Positions 8,251-16,596 of a stretch of 64,000 nucleotides of DNA are shown here, piece after piece. The position numbers and the translations under genes are program-made. Position 1 is the stretch's first letter, and every line of letters starts with the position of its first letter. The DNA is from a virus, in the IMG/VR virus record IMGVR_UViG_3300009537_001827, positions 2,320 through 66,319 of that record; one strand, given 5' to 3'. The notes under the pieces were generated by a model. It did not search any database. It saw nothing but the letters and a program-made list of their open reading frames with translations, and was not told the origin of the DNA.

Positions 8251-8826
8251 TCACGAAAATGCGATCAATGCCTTGCGCTGAAGGCCCTGTCTCGCCTCTT
8301 CGGCTCTCCTCTCAGTCCAGTCGAGCACCCGACCTATGAGTGCGGCACCTATCCGATGGTCCGGCCTCTTGCGAGCGACAAGTTCATCCCGCAAGGCATC
8401 GCTGCCGTTGACGAGCATGTCGAGCAGCGCACGCTCATCCTCGTTCGCCATTGCCAGCAAGCGGGCCACGCCCTCACGAAATATGGTCGTGTCCTCGATC
8501 TCAGCATTGAAGTCCAATACCGAGTCCCGTGCCCGCAGATAGGTACAGTCTTCTACCGAATCATGATAAACCGAATCAATGTCACGGGTCTTCCGCCAGT
8601 CCCGCATCTCTCTCCCCTCTTTCCGAATCATGTCCAACAGATGATTCGGGACGCCGACGTAAATCTGCTGCGCGAGGTCGTCACCCTCGTACTTGGCCGC
8701 GAGCATCCAGACCTTGACACGCGCCTCTTGCGCCAGAATCTCGATGTCGATGACGCCCGCCATGCGAACGGCGATGCCCCGGCAGTAGTGTTCCCACGCC
8801 GAGAGAATTTCCGTAGAGTCTTTCAT
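8251..8826 (-). CDS. Sigma-70-family-like (ECF-like) phage transcription factor
   Basis: DIEILAQEARVKVWMLAAKY...NHLLDMIRKE resembles sigma region 2; C-terminal IGRVLDWTERRAEEARQGLQRK resembles the region 4 HTH. Confidence 0.6.
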   Translation of the reverse strand: MKDSTEILSAWEHYCRGIAVRMAGVIDIEILAQEARVKVWMLAAKYEGDDLAQQIYVGVPNHLLDMIRKEGREMRDWRKTRDIDSVYHDSVEDCTYLRARDSVLDFNAEIEDTTIFREGVARLLAMANEDERALLDMLVNGSDALRDELVARKRPDHRIGAALIGRVLDWTERRAEEARQGLQRKALIAFS

Positions 8827-8890
8827 GGTTATTTTCCTTGTCATTAGGCGGGAGGGTCCGAAAATTACAACCTGTCCCCGATACCCACAA

Positions 8891-8931
8891 GGGGCGCTGG
8901 CGTACTTCCACGCGAGCCGTTTCAGCGCCCC
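8891..8931 (-). other. Compact intergenic RNA structure (9-bp stem enclosing a small hairpin)
   Basis: GGGGCGCUG-AAACGGCUC-GCGU(GGAAGU)ACGC-CAGCGCCCC, 10 nt after a stop codon. Confidence 0.4.
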
Positions 8932-8941
8932 AGACTCCGAC

Positions 8942-9718
8942 CTAGTTGTTGCCCATCGCCAGTTCGAGTTGCTCCTTCTTCGCCTTCTCCCTGTCTCGCT
9001 TCGCCTTCGAGCGATAGTTCTTCGTCCGCCCAGACTTCAGGTTCTTCTGCTTCTCGCCCGCGTCCTTGCCCTCGATCCGTTCGTAGGCGTAAACCTCCTG
9101 AACCTCGGCCTCGATCTCCGCGAGCGGACCCTCGAACCCCTCGTCGTCCACGTCAGAGACGTAGAAGTAGCCCTTCACAGACGGGCAGCCCTTGCCGTCC
9201 CACGTCTGCTTCGCCTCATGCACTGCAACGAGGAACGATTCGTAATTGAAGGGCCTGATCGAACGGGTCTCCGGTCCCGACTTGATGCTCTTCAACCGAA
9301 CCTCCTCATGCTCGTGGAGCGTCCCACCGATCATCAGCTTGCCATAGTCCTTGACATCCTTCAGGACCTCGGCGATCTCTTCCAAACTGGCCTCGATGGT
9401 CAGGGTCGCACCCTCGACGTAAGAGCCACAGCCCCGGTGGACAACCCGACCGCCCTCGGCGATCATCTTCGTCGAGAACTTTTCCGACAACGCCTTGAGC
9501 GCCGTGCTCGATAGCCCGCTGATCCGCTCGATTACGTAGTAACCGAACAGGATCGGACGCTTCCCTTCCCTGATCGCCGCCATCACCCGATCACCGAAGC
9601 GGAACCGCTTCAACTGGTGCCGGGGAATCCGCCGCGTGACGCCGTACTGCTCCGACTCGTCAATGAAGCCTTGCTTCGAGTAGTGCTTCTCTCCGATGAA
9701 GTCGATCCACGTTTTCAT
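8942..9718 (-). CDS. Hypothetical protein
   Basis: 258-aa ORF with GGAGG RBS and phage-like codon usage. Confidence 0.75.
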   Translation of the reverse strand: MKTWIDFIGEKHYSKQGFIDESEQYGVTRRIPRHQLKRFRFGDRVMAAIREGKRPILFGYYVIERISGLSSTALKALSEKFSTKMIAEGGRVVHRGCGSYVEGATLTIEASLEEIAEVLKDVKDYGKLMIGGTLHEHEEVRLKSIKSGPETRSIRPFNYESFLVAVHEAKQTWDGKGCPSVKGYFYVSDVDDEGFEGPLAEIEAEVQEVYAYERIEGKDAGEKQKNLKSGRTKNYRSKAKRDREKAKKEQLELAMGNN

Positions 9719-10014
9719 AACTCACCTCCGTTGTTCACCTTCCGGTAGCCCTCCTCGATCTGCTGCACGATCTCACTCGGGAGTTTCTTCCGCTTCAGCA
9801 GTGTCCGGGCCGTAGCGCGGGCCTCGGTCTTCTTGACGAACATATAGACCTTGCCATTGATCTGAACCGGAAACTCCCGGCGGCGAGTTCTCGTCTCGGG
9901 AAGCGGAGGATACTTCTCGATCTCCACCTCCCGACAATCGAGACACCACATCGTCCCCCTGAAGAGTACCGCCTTCTTGACCTCCCCGCACTGAGCGCAC
10001 TTGTGCTTGAACAT
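9715..10014 (-). CDS. Zinc-finger hypothetical protein
   Basis: CAQC...CLDC; overlaps the next gene start. Confidence 0.65.
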   Translation of the reverse strand: MFKHKCAQCGEVKKAVLFRGTMWCLDCREVEIEKYPPLPETRTRRREFPVQINGKVYMFVKKTEARATARTLLKRKKLPSEIVQQIEEGYRKVNNGGEL

Positions 10015-10036
10015 CTCTCGTCCTTTCTTTCGTCAG

Positions 10037-10117
10037 TCACCACAGAGCGCACTCCGCCCCGCACCCCATCACAGGTGCAGGTTCCGTGCCGAACAGAAAA
10101 GCCAGTGACCACGCCAT
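10037..10117 (-). CDS. Possible 26-aa peptide
   Basis: MAWSLAFLFGTEPAPVMGCGAECALW with GGAGG RBS (manual translation). Confidence 0.3.
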   Translation of the reverse strand: MAWSLAFLFGTEPAPVMGCGAECALW

Positions 10118-10212
10118 CGCACCTCCGGATGAGCGTGAACTCTTTTCACAATCCTGTAAACTTTTCTTCACACTCGGCTTCTCCGGGCACCAGCCCTCAG
10201 CCTCGTATCGAA

Positions 10213-10293
10213 CGGAGCAGAAGGGAATCGAACCCTCCTGCCCACCGGACCCGAACGGATGCTCTTGGTTACCCCGTCACGGGCCACTGCTCC
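10213..10293 (-). tRNA. Degenerate tRNA-like element (possible CGG anticodon, Pro-like)
   Basis: 7-bp acceptor GGAGCAG/CUGCUCC, T-arm GAGGG-UUCGAUU-CCCUU; D and anticodon arms mismatched; no encoded CCA. Confidence 0.45.
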
Positions 10294-10310
10294 ATCCCCT
10301 CCGCCCCTCT

Positions 10311-10394
10311 CTACTGTCGCGCCTCGGCATGGACCGACACAACATACACGACGAACGCGACGACTGCGACAGCTATCTCGATCCAGATAAGCAT
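10311..10394 (-). CDS. 27-aa single-TM peptide
   Basis: MLIWIEIAVAVVAFVVYVVSVHAEARQ; start overlaps the upstream stop (TGATG). Confidence 0.45.
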   Translation of the reverse strand: MLIWIEIAVAVVAFVVYVVSVHAEARQ

Positions 10395-11278
10395 CAGCAG
10401 ACCCTCCCCTCTTCCAGCTTCACGAGGCTCGGCCTCTTCCCGAAAGCGAACTTCGGATCATCCTTCGAGGGCTCGACCGTCACCTTCAACGTCACCCGGC
10501 GACCGCGAAGCGTTTCGACCTCACTCAGCATGACCATCGGCACCGTCACCCACAACTTCCAACCCGCGTCGGTCTTGACCATCATCTTGAACTGTGTACC
10601 GTAGTAACCGTCCTGAACCTTCGTCGAGAGGACATCACCGCTCACCTCGACGCGACCGGTCGGAGCGGGCTCCGCCGCCTCGTTCTCCGCCTTCCGCTGC
10701 GCCTCGATCTCAGCCCGGCGCTCGATCCGATCCAGCAGCGTCCGCAGGAAGCTCTCCTGCTTCTCGCTGATCGACCCGTACTTCACGAGCTTGCTCACGA
10801 TGTCGAAGATCGTCTCCTCTTCATACTGCTGACGCTCGTGCCGGTCGCTCTCGTAAATCTCCCACGCCTTCGTCAGGCCCGCCCCAGCGAGGACCGCCTC
10901 GGCCTTCCGCTTGCCCGCACGGGCCGCGAGCACGTCTTTCACGCGAGCCGTGAACGCGTTCCACTCCAAACCGGAAGCGTCGAGCTTGTCCGCGCAGTCA
11001 CGCCCGACCCGGACGTAGCTGTTCGTCTTCTCGTGATAGAACAGCGCCGTGTAGATCGCGTTGGCGTTCCCGCAGATCATGCAGTTGCCGCCGTGAGCGT
11101 GGTGACTGTACGTCCCGCCAGTCGCCTTCATGTGCGCCTTGATCATCTCGCGCTCCGCCTGCTGAGCGGAGGCCCAGCCCATCGGGTCCTCGTTCGCGCC
11201 GGGCAGACACTCGAACGCCACGAAGATGTAGTCTTCGGGCTGGATCGCGCTCGGCCTGTGAATGTCAGTTCTCATCAT
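10394..11278 (-). CDS. Hypothetical protein with CxxC...C zinc site and OB-fold-like C-terminus
   Basis: CMICG...GRDCA; beta-rich C-terminus GRVEVSGDVLSTK...; AAAGGA RBS before ATG 11278. Confidence 0.7.
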   Translation of the reverse strand: MMRTDIHRPSAIQPEDYIFVAFECLPGANEDPMGWASAQQAEREMIKAHMKATGGTYSHHAHGGNCMICGNANAIYTALFYHEKTNSYVRVGRDCADKLDASGLEWNAFTARVKDVLAARAGKRKAEAVLAGAGLTKAWEIYESDRHERQQYEEETIFDIVSKLVKYGSISEKQESFLRTLLDRIERRAEIEAQRKAENEAAEPAPTGRVEVSGDVLSTKVQDGYYGTQFKMMVKTDAGWKLWVTVPMVMLSEVETLRGRRVTLKVTVEPSKDDPKFAFGKRPSLVKLEEGRVC

Positions 11279-11310
11279 TCCTTTCCTTTCGTCAGCATCA
11301 TTTGCGGGAG

Positions 11311-11351
11311 AGGCAGCCGGGGAATCGAACCCCGGCAACTCCACGCTGCCT
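11311..11351 (-). ncRNA. tRNA minihelix-like element (acceptor stem + T-arm, no anticodon arm)
   Basis: AGGCAGC-GUGGAGUUGC-CGGGG-UUCGAUU-CCCCG-GCUGCCU: perfect 7-bp and 5-bp stems with a canonical T-loop. Confidence 0.65.
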
Positions 11352-11529
11352 ACGCTGGGTAAATATAATCCAGCGGAATCTCCAACCGAGCAGCCGCTTC
11401 CTCGCGAGAGAGATTGCAGGAGTCCATGACCAGTTCGACCAGAGCGCGGTCGTACTCGGGATTCTCCTGATCTTCGCTCTTGAGGTTCTGAGCGGCCTCG
11501 ATAACGACCGCCTTGGAATACTCGTTCAT
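11350..11529 (-). CDS. 59-aa hypothetical protein
   Basis: MNEYSKAVVIEAAQNLKSEDQENPEYDRALVELV...; GGGAGG RBS (manual translation, below ORF track cutoff). Confidence 0.65.
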   Translation of the reverse strand: MNEYSKAVVIEAAQNLKSEDQENPEYDRALVELVMDSCNLSREEAAARLEIPLDYIYPA

Positions 11530-11633
11530 CGTCCCTCCCTTGGTTCAAGAACACACCTCGTCCTACGCGTCAGTAGTGCAGGACCCGTACCAAATGGAAA
11601 CCCTAGTGTTAGTGCGAAATCGACTACGGGAGG

Positions 11634-11668
11634 GATGCTACTTCTTGCAAGAGATGCTACTCTTTGCA
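11634..11668. repeat. Tandem imperfect 16-bp direct repeat (19-bp period), possible operator
   Basis: GATGCTACTTCTTGCA and GATGCTACTCTTTGCA in intergenic DNA after the primase. Confidence 0.5.
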
Positions 11669-11673
11669 GAAAC

Positions 11674-12747
11674 TCAAACCAGCATCCGGATGACCCGCTG
11701 ATGCCAGTTGAACTCCGGAGCATGTCGAACGAGTCCCCGGAAGAGATCCCGGGGAACACTGTCAGGATCGGCCTCTTCGGCCTCTCCGGTATCTACGCTG
11801 ACAGGACTCCAATCAACGACCCGAACGTCGCTATCCCCGCCCAACAGTCCAGCGAGCATCATCGCCTCGCTGCTCGCATTAGAGTCAAACGCGATGACGA
11901 ATTCCTTTGGTCGAAGGGAGCGAAGAAGCTTTACCTGTTCTGCCGCCACGAGCTTTCCGTAAGTTGCGACCGCCGGGGTGCCTGTCGCCTGCCGAGCAGC
12001 CATCGCACTAAACACGCCTTCGCAAATTACTACGCAGGAAGCTCCTTTGGCCTGATCGTAACCGAAAAGAGCGAAGCGTCTCGACACACCTTTGGGATTC
12101 AAGTACTTCGGTTCCTCGTTGATGTAGGTCCGTGACACCCAAAAGTCGATCAGTTCGTCACGGTAGGAGGGGATCACGAGGCGATAGCGGTCTGGCTGCT
12201 CGACAAGGCGATACTCTCGAATCTCGGACGGTCCATAACCTCTCTTCTTCAGGTAACGAGCACCGGGAGAACCCGGAGCGATCTTCACGACATCATCAGG
12301 AAGGGAAACCTCCTGCTTGAGTTCGAGCGATGGCTGGCGGGCGTCATTACTCAAAGCGCTCACGACCTCTTTGTACCAGTCCTTCGAGAGAGCGACCAGT
12401 TCATCATCATCGATGAGCTTCGAGATGTCTCCCCTCGCCCCGCAGCGATAACAGAAGAAGACACCTTTCCGCACGTTGACGGAACAGGTGGGATCCGTTC
12501 TCCCTTTACGTTGACGATGACCGCAGAATGGACAGGAGACCCGAACCTCATCCCCAATCCCCTGCACGTCATAACGATGACGAAGAGCCCTAAGCCTGCT
12601 TTTTGTTCTTGCGCCGCTGCTTGGCTTTCTTCGCATCGAAGTACGATCCCATCGAGTCATCGTCAGAAACCTTCTCTTCCTCGCTGCGTTTCGCCTTCCG
12701 CTTCTCCGACATCTCCTTCTCTCGAATGAACGACCGCTTGTAGTCAA
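11674..12747 (-). CDS. DNA primase (zinc finger + TOPRIM); true start probably near 12570-12640
   Basis: CPFCGH...CSVN...FFCYRCG zinc finger, YLKKRG, PKYLNP, VICEGVFSA, IAFD. Confidence 0.9.
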   Translation of the reverse strand: MTTSGRSFERRRCRRSGRRNAARKRRFLTMTRWDRTSMRRKPSSGARTKSRLRALRHRYDVQGIGDEVRVSCPFCGHRQRKGRTDPTCSVNVRKGVFFCYRCGARGDISKLIDDDELVALSKDWYKEVVSALSNDARQPSLELKQEVSLPDDVVKIAPGSPGARYLKKRGYGPSEIREYRLVEQPDRYRLVIPSYRDELIDFWVSRTYINEEPKYLNPKGVSRRFALFGYDQAKGASCVVICEGVFSAMAARQATGTPAVATYGKLVAAEQVKLLRSLRPKEFVIAFDSNASSEAMMLAGLLGGDSDVRVVDWSPVSVDTGEAEEADPDSVPRDLFRGLVRHAPEFNWHQRVIRMLV

Positions 12748-14047
12748 TCTCGCAGTGGATGTACCGGGTGTCCATCCCTCTCCGCTGTCCGGTCACGAAC
12801 AGGGTCAGGAGCCCGTCGATCTTCTCCTGAATCGTCTGGTTGAGACTGACCGAGATGTCGCAATCAGCCATCTTCCTCCACGACTCCGAAGCATCCGATT
12901 GACGAGTGGTATCCTTGTCCTCGGCCTGACGACCCGCCTGACTCGCGGTCCAAACCCCAGCATTGAAGTCCGCCCCGAGAGCGGTAAGCTTTTCCATCGC
13001 CGTACCACCCTCGACGTAGAGATTCGATGGATCTCGCTTCGCCATCCGATCCATGAAGTCAATGATGATAAGATCAGGTTTGACCTCATGAACGGACTGA
13101 AGGCGGGAGAGATGACTCCGAATCCACTCGACACCGACTTGGCCCGGACGCTCATAGACGATCCACGGACTCCCGTGACCGTACCACTGATTGCATCGTT
13201 TCTCAAACTTTCTGATCGCCTGCGGAGTCCTCAGGTCCAGTATTTGCTCATCAGACATCCCGGTCGCCCGGGAGGAATACTTCATGATCACGTCCGCCTT
13301 GCGAAGCTCGAAACTGTAATGGATGACCTTGAATCCCATCCGACTGGCCCATGCTCCGATGTTCACAAGAACGGTACTCTTACCACGCTTCGGAATTCCA
13401 AAGACGATCCCGACTTCTCCCCGGCCAATCCCTCCGCGCATCATCCGGTCAAGTGATGGGAAACCCGTTGGGATCACTTCCCCTTTCGCGTAGGCTTTCT
13501 TGATGTACTTCGGGAGGGTCCCGGGATTGTCTCCCATCGAAGTCCCGAGGTCGTGAACACCGTTCAGTCCGATCCTGAGAGATCGTTCTAACGTCGTCCG
13601 GATCTCCGCGAACCCGGAGGCGTTTGCCTTTCCTTTCTCGATGGCGTAAAGCATGTCCGCCGCCTTGCGGACCCCGCTCTTGAGCGCCTGCATCTGAGCG
13701 AACTCCAACGCTCGATTGCGAACGTACTCTTCGTCGGCGGGAGGACGGGTGTACGCGGCAGTGGCCTTCTTGAGCAGGAGACGTGAATCCTGCTGATCGA
13801 CGCCGTATTGCCGCGCCCACCGTTCTAACTCTAGCTGAAGAACCGGAAGCTCCGGAGGACGACCTTTGCGGTCGAGATACTGAAGGGCAATCTGTGAGAT
13901 AGTAGAGAGGTGCGGATCCTCGAAGAAGATAGGATCGAGGCTGTCTCGATAGTCGATCCCGAAGGAAGGGTCCCTGAGAACTAGACTAAGGATCGACTGC
14001 TGAAACTGTTCTCCAAAGTCGTACTTGGTCGTCACATTTTGCCCCAT
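12590..14047 (-). CDS. Replicative DnaB/T4 gp41-like helicase
   Basis: IPTGFPSLD, Walker A GIPKRGKST, SFEL, LIIIDFMD, WTASQ. Confidence 0.92.
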   Translation of the reverse strand: MGQNVTTKYDFGEQFQQSILSLVLRDPSFGIDYRDSLDPIFFEDPHLSTISQIALQYLDRKGRPPELPVLQLELERWARQYGVDQQDSRLLLKKATAAYTRPPADEEYVRNRALEFAQMQALKSGVRKAADMLYAIEKGKANASGFAEIRTTLERSLRIGLNGVHDLGTSMGDNPGTLPKYIKKAYAKGEVIPTGFPSLDRMMRGGIGRGEVGIVFGIPKRGKSTVLVNIGAWASRMGFKVIHYSFELRKADVIMKYSSRATGMSDEQILDLRTPQAIRKFEKRCNQWYGHGSPWIVYERPGQVGVEWIRSHLSRLQSVHEVKPDLIIIDFMDRMAKRDPSNLYVEGGTAMEKLTALGADFNAGVWTASQAGRQAEDKDTTRQSDASESWRKMADCDISVSLNQTIQEKIDGLLTLFVTGQRRGMDTRYIHCEIDYKRSFIREKEMSEKRKAKRSEEEKVSDDDSMGSYFDAKKAKQRRKNKKQA

Positions 14048-14078
14048 CGCCCTAAGGAAGGAATGAATAGAAGTTAAT

Positions 14079-15653
14079 CTAACTAGCCGCGCCTTCCTTG
14101 CCAAGCCTGACCAAAGCAGGGCAATCCCCTAGTACCAAAGGCTTGTCGAGGAAGCGGTCAATCTCTGCTACCCCCTCCGAGATGTTGAACCGGTGCCGTT
14201 TATACCAGTTGCGCCTCTGAACCGAGTGACGCTTCAAGACTCGATGAAACCTGTCCTCGAAGTCAAACACGAGCACTACGTTCTCTCCTTCCTTTCGGCG
14301 CAGACCGCGACCGATTCGCTGAATCGTTTTGATCGGGGACTTCCCTCCCGCCAGAATCACGAGGGCCGTGATAGCGGGGAGATCGACTCCCTCATCCATA
14401 ACCGGGCTAGCGATCCTCACCCATCGGTCTTCCTGTTCGAGGAAGGAACGAGTCTGGTCCCAATCCTCGAACCGCTCGACCACCGAATCGGTGTTCATGT
14501 GCCGAACCGCATCGCCACCCTTCAGAAACTCAACAGTGACACCTCTCCCGTGTAGCGTCTTCATCAACGAATCGCCGTGCTCAATCCGCTGCACGACCAC
14601 GAGGACTTTGTGGCCCTGTTCATATAGCTGTTGAGCGATTTGCAGCGCCTTCTCATTTCGCTCGTCGTGTTCAACGATCCCGAAGCGATAGATGCGATGC
14701 CAATCGCTCGACCATGCGAACTGACTCGCGTGAGGATTGGACTTGATTGTCACCATCGCCACGTAGGGATCCGCCAGATAGCCCCTCTCCCGAAGGAAGA
14801 AGGATGGGATCCAAACGACTCGTTCACCAGTCAGGCCCAACAAGATGATGTCTTCATAGAACTCGAATCCGTCTCCCCGGAAAGGCGTCCCGGACATTCC
14901 GAATCGGTACTGCGCCCGCGAGAGCCTGCCTGAAAGGGTCCACGTCTCGGCGCTCAGGTGATGAACCTCGTCCCAGAAGATCACTGGTCGGTCGAGCAAC
15001 TTGTTCGCCCGGTCTTTCTTGATGAGCCGTACGAGGCTCTGGATCGTACAAACCACGATGTCTCCGTGGAGATTCTTCCGACCACCGCCGAGTTGCCCAA
15101 CCGTGAAACCTGCATCTCGAAATGTCTCGACCGCCTGAGTCACAATCTTGGTCGATCCGACGATGTAGAGCGCAGGAAGTCCAATTCTCTTCATGATGGC
15201 CGCAGCACACACGGTCTTGCCGGAACCGGTTGCCATCTCAATCACGCCACGCATCTTTCGGATGGCCTTCTCAACCGATGCTTCCTGATAGTCGTACAAA
15301 CGGAACTTACCGAGATCGGTCACGCCCTCGATGCGATGAGGCCAGAGGAGACTGAGATCACCGTCGATGAGCTTCCGAAGATCCGAGCCGGAGATGACAC
15401 CTCCGTCTTCCTGAGCGACAACAAACGGGTGATCGGCTTTCTGAAGTGTCGAGAGAACGTGGGGCAGGAGCCCGGTCAGGAACGTGTCGTCCCACATGAG
15501 CCTCCAGTAACCATCCCACCGACCGGACTGATAATCCTTCGACTTGTGACGGTGCAGACTCAGGAATGTGAGGGCCTTCTCGACAGCCTCGACATCCTTC
15601 GGACCCTCGTGCGAGAAGTGAGTGAGCGTGAACTGCGGACGGAGAGTAACCAC
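14079..15653 (-). CDS. Superfamily 2 helicase (UvsW/Rad25-like)
   Basis: LYDYQ, MATGSGKT, DEVH, MSGTP, EGVDLP, QRIGRGLR. Confidence 0.92.
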   Translation of the reverse strand: MVTLRPQFTLTHFSHEGPKDVEAVEKALTFLSLHRHKSKDYQSGRWDGYWRLMWDDTFLTGLLPHVLSTLQKADHPFVVAQEDGGVISGSDLRKLIDGDLSLLWPHRIEGVTDLGKFRLYDYQEASVEKAIRKMRGVIEMATGSGKTVCAAAIMKRIGLPALYIVGSTKIVTQAVETFRDAGFTVGQLGGGRKNLHGDIVVCTIQSLVRLIKKDRANKLLDRPVIFWDEVHHLSAETWTLSGRLSRAQYRFGMSGTPFRGDGFEFYEDIILLGLTGERVVWIPSFFLRERGYLADPYVAMVTIKSNPHASQFAWSSDWHRIYRFGIVEHDERNEKALQIAQQLYEQGHKVLVVVQRIEHGDSLMKTLHGRGVTVEFLKGGDAVRHMNTDSVVERFEDWDQTRSFLEQEDRWVRIASPVMDEGVDLPAITALVILAGGKSPIKTIQRIGRGLRRKEGENVVLVFDFEDRFHRVLKRHSVQRRNWYKRHRFNISEGVAEIDRFLDKPLVLGDCPALVRLGKEGAAS

Positions 15654-15783
15654 TCCTCAACAACCCTCAACGTGGGTCGTTCCGTAGCAGTCTGAGTATG
15701 CCCTCCGGATCTTCCCACGAACCTCGGGTGCGTAATCAGCCAGAGGGAAAGCATCCCTCCTCGTCAGAATCATCTTCACCGCA

Positions 15784-16581
15784 CTACCACCTCTGAACAG
15801 GGTCGATCACCAAATCAAAGTCGTAGACATCGATGACCTGATGCTCTGCCACGGAGTCTTCGTAGACCTTCTTGGGCAGAAGCATGTACATCGCACGCCC
15901 GGGGATCAGGCACCTGCCCGGAGACGCAATTATAAGCTCTCCGCTGAATAGCCGCCAGAGTTCATGAGGATCGTTCGTGATTTTGTGGTCGAAGAGGTAA
16001 AGCGCCGCCTCGATGGAGTGGTCTTCCCTGTGCATCAGGGTCTTGAGGATCGGATCCTTCGCGGCCGAGAGAAGTCTCTCCGGGTGTCGCAGTCTCGGGT
16101 CGTGTCGCTTACCCGTGAAGATCAGGAAGTCACGCGCCTCTTCTTCACTCTTGAATTCTGAAGACAACAAGAGAGCAGCTTCTACAATCTTGGAAGAAGG
16201 CAACCTATTAAAACCAGAATTCAGAGTTCTGAGAATAACATCCTCAGTACTAGATAAAACTAGTACCGGGCTCCTATATATGTGCGCATTGAGAAACCAC
16301 TCGTGATGAATTCCAGAGGCGGGAAGGATCTTCGTCCAAGCGGAAATTGGGTCGGAGAAATAGAACTTAGCCGCTGATGCGACTTCAGTTATGAGGACGC
16401 GATGGCGGAGATGGTTGAAGTCAATTTTCGTGTTGAAGAGGCCGCGAGAGCGAGCCTCGTTCATCTTGCGTTCGACGAAGGGAGCTTTCGGAGGACGGCC
16501 CCCCGATCCATTCGGTCGGGACATCCTCTCGACGAAACGCTTCCGATCTTCTTCCTTCTGAAGGTCGTAAGTTTCGCTCAC
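15784..16581 (-). CDS. Hypothetical protein
   Basis: 265-aa ORF; locally lower GC. Confidence 0.7.
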   Translation of the reverse strand: MSETYDLQKEEDRKRFVERMSRPNGSGGRPPKAPFVERKMNEARSRGLFNTKIDFNHLRHRVLITEVASAAKFYFSDPISAWTKILPASGIHHEWFLNAHIYRSPVLVLSSTEDVILRTLNSGFNRLPSSKIVEAALLLSSEFKSEEEARDFLIFTGKRHDPRLRHPERLLSAAKDPILKTLMHREDHSIEAALYLFDHKITNDPHELWRLFSGELIIASPGRCLIPGRAMYMLLPKKVYEDSVAEHQVIDVYDFDLVIDPVQRW

Positions 16582-16596
16582 CCAGCCCCCCTCACT

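Noticed and set aside
10394-11554. 386-aa ORF as given in the track
   Set aside because: The 5' extension overlaps a better 59-aa gene and the minihelix; RBS supports a start at 11278
10022-15770. CTGACGA motifs (about 10030, 11290, 15761) as hammerhead ribozyme cores
   Set aside because: No stem II followed by GAAA and stem III in the required arrangement
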